Assembly (NCBI GenBank): GCA_013265495.1
Contig: MU063382.1
Coordinates: forward strand, 434,001-498,000
Origin: Vicugna vicugna
Taxonomy: Eukaryota
DNA: 64,000 nt
Direction: 5' to 3'
In this document: positions 25,701 to 38,505 of the stretch, piece after piece
Position numbering within the stretch: the first letter of the stretch is position 1
How the letters are laid out: each line of letters starts with the position of its first letter
The notes under the pieces: generated by a model
What the model was told of the DNA's origin: nothing
What the model saw: the letters and a program-made list of their open reading frames with translations, nothing else
The model's database searches: none
Made by a program: the position numbers and the translations under genes

Positions 25701-26659
25701 ACATGAATATTTCCAGTGCATATCAATCCGGGGGTATTTATAACCTGCTGGACTGACTTTAGTTCACAAATTAAACAAGTCATGAAATTTGGATTTAGTA
25801 AAAGAATTTAATGTGGGCCTGTATGCCAATTAATAACTATCTTGACTATTTTTAGCAAGTTGTTAGGATGTCAGGACTGAAAGTCATGATACACCTGCTT
25901 CTTTAGGAGAAAGGTCACGTGTCTCTGCCTGGCCATCTCTGCTCTCCTGGGCAAACTACTTGCGTGGTACTCATCAGCATCCTGGGGGAGCATCCATTCA
26001 CAGTCATTGCTGTTCAGTTATTTCCTCCTCTCGCCCCAAACCCTTCACCTTCTGTCCTGTGTTCAAAGCTTCTTTAATAATCTGAGATTGAGCATCCATG
26101 GGAAGGTTCTCATCATGGGGAATGAAGTCCTTCGAAAGCTGTGTCAAATACTGTTCCACTGAAGACAGGAAGAAAAAGTGAAAACCTCAGTGCAGATGTA
26201 TGCAGAACACAGACATTAAGTGGGGACTTCTCTTCTTGAACAGACATGACTTTCTGGAAGCCCTCACCTCTCCTTCCTCTGAACAGCGAGATGTCCAAAT
26301 GAACAAAACAAGATGTGATTTACAAAAAACATGATTTGAACATGGCTTTAGGTGTCTTCAGGGCACAAGCCACAACTTACTCATCAGTGTTTCCTCTCTA
26401 GAGCTTTGAAGGAAACTTCTAATGCACAAGTTGCCCAATAAAGGTTGAGGAAGGGAAAAAGAAACAGTAGGAACAGTGAACGGTAGGGCATGCTGGGCAA
26501 CCATTTGGGATCGAAGGCTGAGTTTCTTCCCTTGGCTTAGAAACCTTATCTTCTGTTGGCTCCCTTCTCAGAAACCCAGTGGGAGCAGCTTCTGTGCCCT
26601 CAAATCACAGCTGTGCCCACAGAGAGCAACCCACCTCTTCTCCGTGGCTGGGTGTTTGC

Positions 26660-27125
26660 ATGTCCACGTGGAATTCCTCTGTGACTCCCCATTACCCACA
26701 AGTGAAATCCAGACTCCTTGCGTCATCCCAGCCTGACCCAGGGCCCCGTCTTCTGTTACAGTTCACCCCCTGCCACCTGCAGAACACTGTACTGTAGCCG
26801 CACAGGAATTCTTGCCTGTCGTCAAACATGCCATTCTATTTTATGCCTCATGCCTTTGCACCTGCTGCTTTTTCTTCCTGGAATTCCTTTCATCCCCTTT
26901 CAGCCAGTGGTTCCAAACTGGTAAAAGACCCAGGTGAAATGTCGCCTCCTCTGTGAGTCTCTCCCTGCCCTAGCGGGGCTGGCAGGAAAGTCACTTCATC
27001 CCCTGATTAGTCAAGGCTCTCCTGCCCGCTCCTATCGTCCTCATCAGAGAGTACTGACAATTAGTGTTAACATGTTTACCTCCATCACTTTGAGGATAGA
27101 GATTTATCTTCATATCCTCACATGT
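26660..27125 (+). repeat. L2
   Basis: aatccagactccttg...gcctttgcacctgctg...ttcctggaattcc...caggtgaaatgtcgcctcctctgtgagtctctccctg. Confidence 0.75.
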
Positions 27126-27134
27126 AAGCCCGGG

Positions 27135-27265
27135 GAATAGGTACTATTATTAATTCCACCATTGATGAGAAGACGGAAGCACAGAGACATTAAATAGTAG
27201 TCCAAGTCCAGACAGCAGGTAAGCTTGTAACTCTGTGGTCCGAACACAGGGAACATGGGCTCGAA
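27135..27265 (-). repeat. MIR
   Basis: aggtactattattaattccaccattgatgagaagacggaagcacagaga. Confidence 0.65.
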
Positions 27266-28109
27266 CAACCCCTTTGAACTACTTTGAATTTCTGCTTTTC
27301 TTTAAAACTATCGTACTGGTTACCTTGTTACTTTTACTATAATGTCTATATGAACATAAATTCGTATTCTTCATCAGTCAGGTTAATTACTTGTCTTTGT
27401 GTATTTATGAGTTACAGAGTTGATAAATTCCATTCTCAAGTATTGTTCTGGAATATATGCTAGTTGTTAAGAATCTCCCCAGAAAATCTCTGGCATGGCC
27501 CCAGGTACAGTGGAAAGCGATGTGGGCAGTCTTTTCAGCTCAGAGGAGATTGTTATTTTTATTTAAATTTCTTGTTCCTGCATCTTGTTTCTTCAACTAA
27601 ATATTTGACTGGATTCTTTCTTATACCTTAAGGGTCCCCAAAAGGACCTGCAGTATCTGTGTTTACTGCGGGCAGTGAAACTTCTGCTGAGTAAATTAAC
27701 GCAAGAACAAAACTTCTTCTTTATTGCCACCTACCATCAGTTTACTGAGAATGTTGAATATTTAAGAGTCTGGCAAGCTTTCCTGCTGGGGTCCCAGATT
27801 TCAGAGCCAGAAGTTAGTTGGGAGGGCAGAGATGGAGTGATTACTTGGCCAGCGATCTCTTCTCCACATCACCAGCCCTTTGGTCAAGCATCTGGTGGCC
27901 TCCATCCTAATTGTCTTGTAAGTATCTTACGTTTCATGTAATCATTCCTGGCTGGCTCATTCCAAGCACATTCTCAGTGCCAGCCATTGCAATAGGACGT
28001 GGAGTCAGAAACATTCTGTATGAGAGAATCAGAGCCCAACTGTATTAGCCAATAATTGAGAAAACACACTACTTACAAGGAAAGGGGTTTTGAGCCGGTA
28101 CATAAGGCT

Positions 28110-28270
28110 GTAACCTTGAACCCAGGAGACCCTCGATCTGAATCCCAGCTCTGTCACTTAACTAGGTATTTAACCTTGTTCAAGATCTTTAACCTCTCCA
28201 AGCTTTAGTTTTCTTGTTTTAAAAAAGTTGAACAAACCACCCACCTCAGAGGGCTATCGTGCAGATTAAG
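28110..28270 (+). repeat. MIR
   Basis: tctgaatcccagctctgtcacttaactagg...tttaacctctccaagctttagtttt...cacctcagaggg. Confidence 0.8.
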
Positions 28271-29373
28271 TATCTTTCCACTTAACTCACCTCCCCCTTT
28301 TTAAATAAAGGCAAAATAATTTGACAGATACTTTTGATATTTAGCATCTCATCGTGACTTCTGTGATTCCATGACCCTCGATAGTTTGAGACTGTTTCTC
28401 CTGAAATGCTTGCTGCTTTTTTTTCTTTTTCAAAAAAGCATCCTGCCTCCAAGCTTTAGAACTCCTGTTTCACGGTTTTTGAAGTGAACTCTATACTGTA
28501 GAAGTCCTTCTTTATCTTTGTCTTAAAATTGGGTCCTTGGGTAACTGGACTGACTCCTTGTGACTCTTTGAATCAAATGCAGTAGTCGCTTTCCAGTTCC
28601 AGACTTAATCAGTGACTACCTCCTTCTCTGACCTCAAGCCCCCCCAAGCACTCTTCATCCCAATTGTCCATTTCTAGAAACTTCCCCTGACTCTTCTCTG
28701 GTGACTGAAAGACTTCCTCGCATGTACTAATGATTAAAATACTCCCTTTTCATCTTAGAGCATATTATCAGTCTTGCTTCATGTAATGGCACGTTGTCCA
28801 TGAGCTCTGTTTGTGCACCATGCAATGTTGGAACCAACACAGGCATTATCCAAACCAAACTTATTTGATGGGGCTACTTTGGGGTCTGGCAACAGTGAGA
28901 TTTCTTTAAAGGATGGCTGAAAAAAAAAATGCACTGCATCCCATTTCTTGAACAGAGGCTTGCGTAATCAACCAAGTAGAAAGAAACGCTGAGATGCATT
29001 TAACCTCATTAGTTTCAGTAGGACCGGCTCTCTCCAATCCATCAGAGTTGAGCTACATTAGTGAAACTCAACTATTTCCAAATCTCATTTACATAATGGA
29101 TGAGATGTGAAATGAGCCCAATGGAAGGGGAGCTGCCCAGAGGCACTAAAGTTTATCACAATATGTAAGGGTTCTTTTAGATCATTGCATTAAATTTCCA
29201 CTAACAAGATAACAAATTAATTGTCTGTATCACTGTACTAGCCCAAAGTCTACTGAGTGGAGAGGACCAGCGAGGAAGGCAGCCGGGGTTTCAAGGACTG
29301 TGGTCCAGGAGGGATGCTCAGAGCGAGGCTCAGAAGAATTTGATGAATGCTACCTTAGCTTTCTTCTGCCCCT

Positions 29374-29537
29374 NNNNNNNNNNNNNNNNNNNNNNNNNNN
29401 NNNNNNNNNNNNNNNNNNNNNNNNNNNNNNNNNNNNNNNNNNNNNNNNNNNNNNNNNNNNNNNNNNNNNNNNNNNNNNNNNNNNNNNNNNNNNNNNNNNN
29501 NNNNNNNNNNNNNNNNNNNNNNNNNNNNNNNNNNNNN
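29374..29537. other. N gap, 164 nt
   Basis: Run of n. Confidence 0.99.
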
Positions 29538-30942
29538 ACTATCACCTCTCCTCATCCAATTCCTAAGAGATTTCAAAGCCATCATCATGGTATTAGCTCG
29601 TCTGACTGAACTACTGCAGATAAAGATTAGGAGATCTATCTAATGATGGGTCTGAGGTTCTGTGATTTTTTTTTTCTCTTCTGTTGCAAAAAGAGGAGAG
29701 CTTTTCGAGCACACATCCTGTGTCTGTATGTGTATGTCTGCACACAGTCACAGCGTGTTTGCATTCTATAGGATAATTTCAAATAGTGGAACGAAGTAGG
29801 TGGTCTGAAGAAAGGGCATTCAGCAAAGCTCTTAGAACAATGCAATGTTCCCATATAAAGAGCAATGACTACTTAATAAGGGGAAGGTACGCTAAGCTGA
29901 CTTCTCTGGCTGACAGCGTATCTATACAGTGGGTGACATCACACTGAGGAGAACAGTTAAATTCTGTAACCACAGTTATGACCCTAACACCCATACGTGG
30001 CCAGACTCCTACAGATATATTCTTGAGAGATGAGTATGTATCGGACTGATCTTTCACAAACCAGCACATATGCATTTATCTATTTATACATATATTTATA
30101 GACACACATGCATTTAATCTGATATCAAGCTCTCTTTTCTCAGTGTGGCTTCTAAATAAGCAGTAATCAAAATGCAAATAAGGTGACCCAGTTAGCATCG
30201 CGGTCTGTGCTACCACGCAGATGCGCTCTGTGCTCAAAAGGTGGAAAGGAAGACGCTCCAAACGATGCTTGTTTTAACGAGCCTTGACTACTAAGCCCTT
30301 CACATGAGGGAGAATCTGAGGCCAGTTGTCTTCTAGCTGGAATTGTATCTGCCATTTTGGGGTTGATCTGGTTTAAAGCTGCCTTGTGGGCACAGAACAG
30401 CAAGCATGCACCGGAGAGCAGGAGGACTGCTTCCGTGACGTCTCAGAATGTAACCCTGCAGCACAAAGCCCACATGCTGGCCTGAGACAGTCCAGGAATA
30501 CGGCCGGGGTCAGAGGCACGGTCCTGCCACCCTCTCTGGGTGACACTGGGCAAAGCAAGTCACATCCCTTATCTGGGGCTGAATTGCCCAGGAAGGACTG
30601 GACTAGCTCCCTTCCAACTCTAAACTGCCTTGATTGGACTTTGCTGAAGCCCTTTGTGCACATCTATTGATGAAGACTGTAACAGGCTTTATGTGCATCA
30701 GTAGGAGATGCCCAGCGTACCCGATCACCAAAGATGTAACAGGAGCATGCTTGGTGCACTGTGCTGCTAAATCGGCTTTAATTATATGTATGCATCCTTT
30801 TTTCCCTTGTTAGAATCTTTTGAAAATCCCTTTGTTATATTTTTCAGAGAACAGTTACCTTTCTACTGTCTATATTTTTTTAAGCATGGGACCAATTACA
30901 TCAGTATTTGTTTGGTTCTATCTATCTGTGCTTAGTCCTTTT

Positions 30943-30944
<2 letters not shown>

Positions 30945-30984
<40 letters not shown>
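30945..30984. repeat. (GT)20 microsatellite
   Basis: Seen directly. Confidence 0.97.
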
Positions 30985-30985
<1 letters not shown>

Positions 30986-31392
30986 TGTATGTACATGAAT
31001 TGACTTAGGCAAACAAGAGTATTAACCTGAACTTAAAAGTATCTTTGATCCTTAATCTGTGTACAAAATATGTTCTTTATGTGTGTGTGTTTGTTTTTTC
31101 CCCCTAAGAAGAGGTTCTGATGTCTGACATACAGAAAGATTAAAAACCTCTAACTTGAGTTGTCTCCTCTTTGCGATTTTTATGTTTGCCATATTTCCAT
31201 TCTGGGTGATATCATTGGACACTTCTAGAAAATACCTTTTATCTGGCCTGACTTTCTCACTGTAGGATCAGGAGAGACTGACTCCTAACCATTAGAATTT
31301 ACTGCATAAAGTACTCTTCAGCGTAAGTCTCTGTGAAGTTCCAGTAGACAAAATGTTCCCTTCTCAGTGCATTTCGTCACTTCATTTAAAAA

Positions 31393-31534
31393 ATTTTTGT
31401 TTTTTAATTTTTTTTTAGTGGGGGAGGTAATTAGGTTTACTTATTTATTTATTTTTGGGGGAGATACTGGGGATTGAACCCAGGACCTTGTGTATGCTAA
31501 GCATGCGCTCTACCCCTGAGCTCTACCCTACCCC
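31393..31534 (-). mobile_element. tRNA-Ala-derived SINE (vic-1 type)
   Basis: gggggaggtaattaggttt...gagatactggggattgaacccaggaccttgtgtatgctaagcatgcgctctacccctgagc with T-rich tail. TSD-like tttcgtcacttc (31372) and tttcttcacttc (31541). Confidence 0.9.
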
Positions 31535-31989
31535 TACCCTTTTCTTCACTTCTAAATTAAGAGAAGCAAGAATAATCAGATTATTCACTGGTTTCTCTGA
31601 ATCTAGAAAACTTAGAACAGCAGAGCTGGAATATATTCTGACCAAGAGGAACTGAAGCAAGATGAGATTCCAAGCCTTGTTCAAGTTCACCCAGTAGGTG
31701 TAGGGCAAAGCCTACGACATCTCAGTGTCTCAGAACCCTCGTGTCTTAAGCTTCACATTGACAAACTGTCTCTGGTACAATTCGTTGACTCTGAGTATTA
31801 ATTGAATTGTTTCTTTGCATCAGCCTTACACTAAGGAGGTGTGAGAAAAGAATATAAAGTCTCTGCTTCCTAAGGAACTGAAATCTTTAAGGGGACATAT
31901 GTGACTTGAACATATGAAATAAGTTTAAAATAAAACAATTAGTACTAAGACAATGTGGCGCTAAGAATTCGTAATAGTTAACAGAACTT

Positions 31990-32700
31990 AGTTACAGTTG
32001 AGAATTGCTCCCTCTATCTAGGCACTGTAATAAGTGTTTTTATATGTACTGGGTTTTTTATTACTGCTATACCAAATTTCCACAATTCAGTAGTTAACCA
32101 ACACAAATGTGTTGTATTACAGTATTGGAGGGCAGAAGTCCAACATGAGCCTTACTGAGCTGAAATTAAAGTATTCACAAGGCTGCTCTCCTCTCTGGAA
32201 ACTCTAGGAGAGAGTACCCGTCCTTGCCTTTTCCAGCTTCTAGAGGCTATTTGCGTTCCTTAACTCGTATCCCTCCTCCTCCATCTTCGAAGTCAGCAAC
32301 GTAGCCTGTCTCCCACCCTCCAGCCCTCACCACATCTCTTTCTCAGATTCTTCTCTTCAACCGCCTTCTTTTGCTTTAAAGAACATTTTGGTTACATCTT
32401 GACCATCTCGTAATCAAGGATACCCTCTAGATGTCAAGGTCAGCTGCTTAGCAACACTGATTCTATCTGCACCCTTAATCCCCCCTTGCCATGTTGCATG
32501 ACACACTCACCGGTTCTGGGGCGACGCTATTTTCTGTCTACCACAATATATAAACGCCTTTAATCCTCAATGTCCTCGTTTAACAGATGAGGACATTTAG
32601 CACAGAGAATTGGTATGACTTGCCCTAAATCACACAGCAAGTAATGTAGGTAGTCTTACTCCAGAGAATACATCCTTCACCTCTGCTCTATACTGTGCTG
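31990..32700 (-). repeat. MIR split by MLT1D (pieces about 31990-32044 and 32546-32700)
   Basis: ctaggcactgtaataagtgtttt[MLT1D]...tttaatcctca...tttaacagatgaggac...gacttgccctaaatcacacagc. Confidence 0.75.
32045..32545 (-). mobile_element. MLT1D solo LTR inserted into a MIR
   Basis: tgtactggg...ccttgccttttccagcttctagaggc...aaggtcagctgcttagcaac...ctgtctaccaca. 5-bp TSD ttata/atata. Confidence 0.9.
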
Positions 32701-32789
32701 ACAACGGAGTTTTAGATTAGAGGACCACATGTGGACAGAAGTAATCAGGGCAGCTTCCCCAGAAGGTTTGGACCTAGAAGAAGAGATGT

Positions 32790-32960
32790 GTATTCCATTT
32801 GTCCATTCATCCAGCCAACACTTTTGAGTACCTAGGATCTATCAGGCTGGGGACTCAAAAGAAAGTTAGACCTGGTTCCCGACTTCTAGAATTTTGCGGT
32901 TGCCTATGGGAATTGTCAGAGAAATGGACAAATAATTACATAACAAGAGGTAAGTCCTAT
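32790..32960 (-). repeat. L2 3' end
   Basis: tccattcatccagccaacacttttgagtaccta...agacctggttcccgacttctagaatt. Confidence 0.65.
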
Positions 32961-33049
32961 TGGTAAAGTCTGTCCCAGATGGTAAGACATGGTTGTGGGA
33001 GGGAGACACTACCTGTGCCTGACAGTGAGATGTGCGTTTTGTTTTTCCC

Positions 33050-33360
33050 ACCTGCCTTCCCAAACATGTCTTTCAGTATTGGCTTTTACAGCGCAGTCCA
33101 AGCGCTCTCGTCTCAGTTACACAAAGAACACTTGTTATTTCTGCCTTTGCTCTTTGACACTTCCCAGCCCTGGCAGGCCCTCTCTCTACTTCTAGTTACT
33201 GAATTCTACTCATCAGTCAAAACTCAGACTTTTGTACTTGGATCTGTCTTCCTGAGCGGATGGTTGGCCCCGTTCAGAGAGGGTTCGCGTTCCCTGTGCT
33301 TAGTGGTTCCTGGCAGTGACAGGCTCTCAGTGTATATTGAATTAATGTATGGATGAGCAG
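33050..33360 (+). repeat. L2
   Basis: cctttgctc...tactcatcagtcaaaactcag...tgcttagtggttcctggcag...ctcagtgtatattgaattaatg. Confidence 0.55.
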
Positions 33361-33795
33361 AAGCCCACCTCAGACCCCACTGGGATCTCATTTCCCCTCC
33401 TGACTCGTGGAGGACTCGTTTGGCTTCCTGTCTCATTTGGTTTTAGTTTTCTAAGTGTTTCTGTCTCATCTCACTCTCCGCTTCTAAACCTTCTCTGAAA
33501 AGGCAGACATCACATCTTCTGAGTTGTGCCAGTTGACATTCAAATAACTGCTGATTTTACAATGACTGACTCCAGGCTCACTGAGTAGTATTCTGCGTAA
33601 GAGTGACCTTGCCTGAATTTTATCTCCCAAGGTCCTAGAATGAAGGTAAACTCATTTGGCACAAAACACATGTTGATAAGGCCACTACCCATGATTTTTT
33701 TTTTAATAATTTTGGCCTAGTTGTAATCACACTGTCACACAATTTTGTTTTCAACTTTGTTTTTTGTTAGTTTGCATGCTTACGTTTTAAAATAG

Positions 33796-33951
33796 TTTTT
33801 AATATATTTATTTGTTTTTATTTTATTTATTTTTTTGAAGGGGGAGGGTAGTTAGGTTTGTTTATTTTTCTAATGGAGGTACTGGGGATTGAATCCAGGA
33901 CCTCGAGCATGCTAAGCATGCGCTCTAGCACTTGAGCTATACCCTTCCCCC
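33796..33951 (-). mobile_element. tRNA-Ala-derived SINE (vic-1 type)
   Basis: tggaggtactggggattgaatccaggacctcgagcatgctaagcatgcgctctagcacttgagctatacccttcccc, plus the same 3' segment and T-rich tail. Confidence 0.9.
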
Positions 33952-34324
33952 GCCACCACCCATGATTGAGCAGGTTGTTCACTGTTCATAGCACCTGGCT
34001 TGAGGGAAGAAAGGTGCCGAAAGCCAGCCCATGCCCCTCTCCCTAAACCATGAGCAGTGGGGGAACATGTGTACACAAGAAGCCATACCCTTTTTCGGAT
34101 TTTCACAATGGTGCCCTCTCTTTGCTAAAGATCTGGGTCCTTGGACGACTCCACCTAGGTGAGATGTCTTTTACTAAATCCACCCAAAGATACTGGATAG
34201 GTAGAAAAGACTCTGCTGTTTGGTGATTAAAAAAGCATGTTTGGGTCTTTCAATATCCTTATAAAAAGTAGCAGCTACCATTATGCTACGCAGATATGAT
34301 TAGCATGTAACTCTGAGAAAACAG

Positions 34325-34402
34325 GGACTTCAGCTGTTGTGACCAGTGTCATGTCCCTGGCATGGTAGATGCTCAATAAATATTTGTTGAATTAATGAAT
34401 GA
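34325..34402 (+). repeat. L2 3' end
   Basis: ccctggcatggtagatgctcaataaatatttgttgaattaatgaatgaa, a textbook L2 terminus. Confidence 0.85.
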
Positions 34403-34481
34403 AGTAATGCAAAAAAAATTACATTTTTATTGACTTTGGCACCAAAAAGTATTATTTTCCAAATGCCAAGGATATCTATTT

Positions 34482-34764
34482 TTTTTAATTTTATTGAATT
34501 ATAGTCAGTTTATGATGTTGTGTCAATTTCCAGTGTGGAGCACAATTTTTCAGTTATACATGAACATACATATATTCATTGTCACATTCTTTTTCACCGT
34601 GAGCTACCACAGATCTTGTGTATATTTCCCTGTGCTACACAGTGTTACCTTGTTTATCTATTCTACATATGCCTGTCAGTATCTATAATTTTTGAACTCC
34701 CAGTCTGTCCCTTCCTGCCCCCCTCCCCACTGGCAACTGCAAGTTTGTAATCTGTCTATGAGCC
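34482..34764 (-). mobile_element. 5'-truncated L1 3' UTR, same subfamily as 8941-9680, with 16-bp TSD
   Basis: Shares gagcacaatttttcagttatacatgaacatacatatattcattgtcacattct with the 8941 copy. TSD ccaaggatatctattt (34466-34481) and ccaagggtatctactt (34765-34780). Confidence 0.93.
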
Positions 34765-35029
34765 CCAAGGGTATCTACTTCTTGATTCACTTTTCTTCTG
34801 TTAACCTGTATCCCCTTATTATGAGTAAAGTTCATCTGCAAACAAGAAAAAAAAGAACAATGGAAGATTTCAAACAGACAACCAGTATATGAGAAATGGA
34901 ATTATTATCAAGTTTTCAGGAAGAGTTTCCTCTGGTGAAAAAAAATTTTATTTACTGGTTTATCCAAAAGTCAACATATGATGAGACAGAAAACAACATT
35001 AAATTGAGTCAAGAGGCATGGATACCAGC

Positions 35030-35190
35030 ATCACTTCCTTCACACGTGTGATATGTGGGTGTGGGCACATCACCTGGTCCTCTGTGCCTTGTCTTGTAAT
35101 TTGTGAATTGGGAGTTTTCCCATCTGCCTCTTGTCACCCACAAGGATGCTGCAAGGGGCAAGTAGCACAATGCCTGTCACCGGTCTTTGC
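35030..35190 (+). repeat. MIR
   Basis: gggcacatcacctggtcctctgtgcctt...tctgcctc...caaggatgctgcaagg. Confidence 0.55.
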
Positions 35191-35529
35191 AGACTAGAAG
35201 TCACTAACTGCTCCATGAAACACGCCGCTCAGCCCATGCCACACGCTGCGTCTGACAATGAAAGGGCAGGATGGTGACGGAAGGAACTAACCATCCGGGT
35301 GGTGTCAGCCTCTCCCTCTTTGCCATCCTAGGTTTTATTTCCAGAAACGTCTGCATTTACAAATCTTGGAATTAAAAAAATTAATTAAGCTGCTCAGTAA
35401 GTCTGTATTAATCACATAGTAGTTTCCAAATAGACCACTTTCTGCAGTGGATGTTACAAAATGAATTACGTATGATTCCTGGATGATGATTCTGCAGGTT
35501 GTTTATTTTAAGGAAACTGTGAAAGGAGG

Positions 35530-35665
35530 ACTCAGCCAGGAGTTAGAATCTAGTTCTTACCACTTCTTACCAGCTGTGTGATTTTACGTAAGCCATCTGA
35601 CCTCCCTGAGCCTCCATTTTCTCATCTAGGAAAGGGGAGTAAACAGCAGTCACCCCACAAAGGGT
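35530..35665 (+). repeat. MIR
   Basis: ttaccagctgtgtgattttacgtaagccatctgacctccctgagcctccattttctcatctag. Confidence 0.8.
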
Positions 35666-35679
35666 TTTTTTTTTGTCTG

Positions 35680-35800
35680 TTTCCCCACAGAGAAAATGAG
35701 GTAAGTAGATAACTAACTTTATAAACCTAGAGCAACATGCAAATTAGTCAATGGTGAGGCTGTTTTTTTTATTATCCAAGGTCACAGAGCTCATTAAAGG
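35680..35800 (-). repeat. MIR fragment
   Basis: ccccacagagaaaatgagg...ttatccaaggtcacagagct. Confidence 0.5.
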
Positions 35801-38349
35801 GATCCTGGAAAAATCAGCCACCATAGACCCTGCTTTTTCCCTCCATGACCCCTGTAACCTTGAGCAACTTGGGCCAGAGGTAACTGAACAGCAAGTGCTA
35901 CTTAGGAAGAAAGAGAATCAAAATATCGAAGCTATTGACTCGATATTGACTCACCCTTAAGGCAGTAAACAGTGCTTTGGTCTCTGACCTTTCCGCATCC
36001 GGGGCCAATCAATAACCTGGCGGCGGGGTGCAGCGCCTGCCACGGGTTCCAATTTGGGAGTACTTTAACCTTGAACTGCGCTCTGAGTAACCAAGGCAAC
36101 AGGAAGTCCGCTTCTGCTCCGGAGGAGTAGGGATCCATAAATCAAGTCCCTAATGCAAACACAGAGTGCCGGTGGAGGTGCGAGAGCGTAAGTGGCCTGT
36201 GAGAAATTTCCTCTGGAAATGAGTGACTGTCCCTCGACAGGCTGCAGGACAGTTTCAAAGACTTTTTTTTAAAAAAAATGTATCAATAGAGGTCAACAGG
36301 TTGTAACAGAATGTTTTCATACAGACCCAACTTATAAAATTTTCTCTTGGCTTCGCTGTCTTAATTATGAACAGATGTTGGATCCACAAAGTTATTAGCA
36401 TTGTTATTTCCTCCTTTAAATGTGTACTGGCCTCCAAATACGCGAGCCTCGGTACAGTTCGTCCTGTGTTGGGGTTTGGGGATGCTCTGAACACACCTAC
36501 CAGGTGAGCTCTCCGCATAGTCTGCTGTCCAAATGTGACACCATGATCCTTTCCAAGATCAAAGCCATCCTTCCCTTTCCTCCTGCCCCAGTGTATGCAG
36601 TGGTGCCACATCTCAGTGGTCCGGTCAGTACTGTACTGTATCTGGGTTTCTTTATGATCAGTCTCCAGCCTCAAAAATCTCCCTCCCCTGGAGAGAGAGC
36701 AGCCAGACCCGAGCTGGGAAGGAATGTGCCAAACGTCCCACCATTCTGCCATCACCCAGCATTTGTGAGAACTGGGTTCTGAACTGTTTCACATTCGTCT
36801 GGTCCTTTGGGTGCCTGTCCACGGAGCATCAGCTGCCACGTGAAATGAAGGGAAACAAAACCTTCCCGTGACCAGCCTGCCCAGTGCGGTCTCCCGTGGG
36901 GAAGTCGCCCATTCCAGGCTCCCGAGACCTCTGCTCTCAGAGGGATTTTCTGGATTACCTGTGGCTCTGTTTAAGGTTCACTCAGGATTCTCGCTCACGT
37001 ATACTGTTTCTGGGATTGTTTCCCTAATCCTTTCAAAATTCAAAAGCGTCTGAAAAAAATGCCCGTACTTTTTTCTAATTTGTTTCCAAATTCACTGGAT
37101 GACAACTTGCAAACAGTACTATCATCCAGAAAATCCTGAATTATCTAGGGTTCTCGGGACAGCTAAATAGTGACAGTCTGAATTACAGACCTTTTTGGCG
37201 TCATTTGGTGACTTTTGACATACTCTGTGCCGTAAACACTTGAGCGGCAGAGTCCATCTGGTAGAGGTGTGATTGATCTTTGATGGAGTGTCTGGATTGT
37301 GGACATCCCCATGCAAAAGGGTACAACTGAAATGGCTTGAAGTCAGTCTCTTCCCAAGTGAGAGCTGCGTGTCTGTCTGCTAATCCTGTTCATGGCTGCG
37401 TCCCTGTGCGTATCATAAACTGAGCAAAGCACTACCTGCCCCACCCCCACCGTGTCCACAGGACGACAGGTCAGTGAGTTTTTCCAAAGGGAAATCCAGC
37501 CGAACTCTGGCAGCTTTATAGTTCCAGAGGCGTGTGTGGCAACGGATGCCGCGTCCATCTGACGGGAACTGGACCACGGTGGGGCAGGGTACCACAGCGA
37601 GGTGTTTTTATCAGACTCTGGGCTGCTGTCCCATCGCAGATTCGTTAACAGCCAGTTATTCAGGCAGATCACTCAGGCTACCCTAGTGAGCAGTTCTCAG
37701 ATAGACTTCTAGATTCTTCCCAAACTATGTTTATTTTCTGAATAGAAATAGAGTTTAAATATGCTTGTGGTTTTAAACATACTAACATTCAAGAAGGCTG
37801 GGGAACCAAAGCAAGAACTCCGTCACTCATCTTCCCTGTGCTCTCATTCCTCAGAATAGCCACTGTTGGCCGTTTGGATGTACCGCCGTGCAGATAATTC
37901 TGCTTGCATTTTATGTTTGCTGTGTGTATGTATCTCGCCGGACCCTGGCGCACCTGCATGGCTTACAAACAGGCATCATCCAGGGATCATGTACGTGTTT
38001 GCCGCATGCCCTGGTTTCCTGATGGAATCTTTGCAATCTCTCTGTCGTAGAATTTGACGTCCGTCTACTCCCACAGTCAAAATGCTATGAAATACGGAAT
38101 CAAAAAAGCCAAACGGTGCTGTTATTCGCAGCACCTCCTGTGGAAGTTTCAGAGATTGGGATGGAGAGTGGGAGGAAGGTAGTTGAAGGTAAATGAAAAT
38201 GTCAACATGACTTTCTTCCTGACGTGGTCACAGGTGCCTTTTCCAGGTGTGAAACTAGGGCCATGTGTCCTCAGTGGACACAGGTGTGCAGTTAGTGTCT
38301 CCCTCCCACACCCACGTCTTACCACCTTGGACAGACAGCAATAGGACTT

Positions 38350-38505
38350 AACTCTTGTTGTGCAATTATTTGTTCATTTCTCTGACAATTCCTGTAGGCA
38401 GCTGCAAAATTCTAAAAGTCAGGCACTGTGTCTAGCTTTCTTTCGAGTCCCCAGTTTGACAGATCGTAGGTGCTCAAAAGTGTTGGATGGATGAATGGGC
38501 AAATG
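38350..38505 (+). repeat. L2 3' end
   Basis: gtcaggcactgtgtct...gtaggtgctcaaaagtgttggatggatgaatgg. Confidence 0.7.

Noticed and set aside
31419-31426. AG...GT pair in an antisense SINE as a microexon
   Set aside because: Only 8 nt and frame-shifting, with no supporting evidence.
12726-33951. tRNA-Ala(AGC)-like sequences as tRNA genes
   Set aside because: Each has an extended 5' G-run, stem mismatches, an A-rich or simple-repeat tail, and in some cases a TSD, so they are SINE heads.
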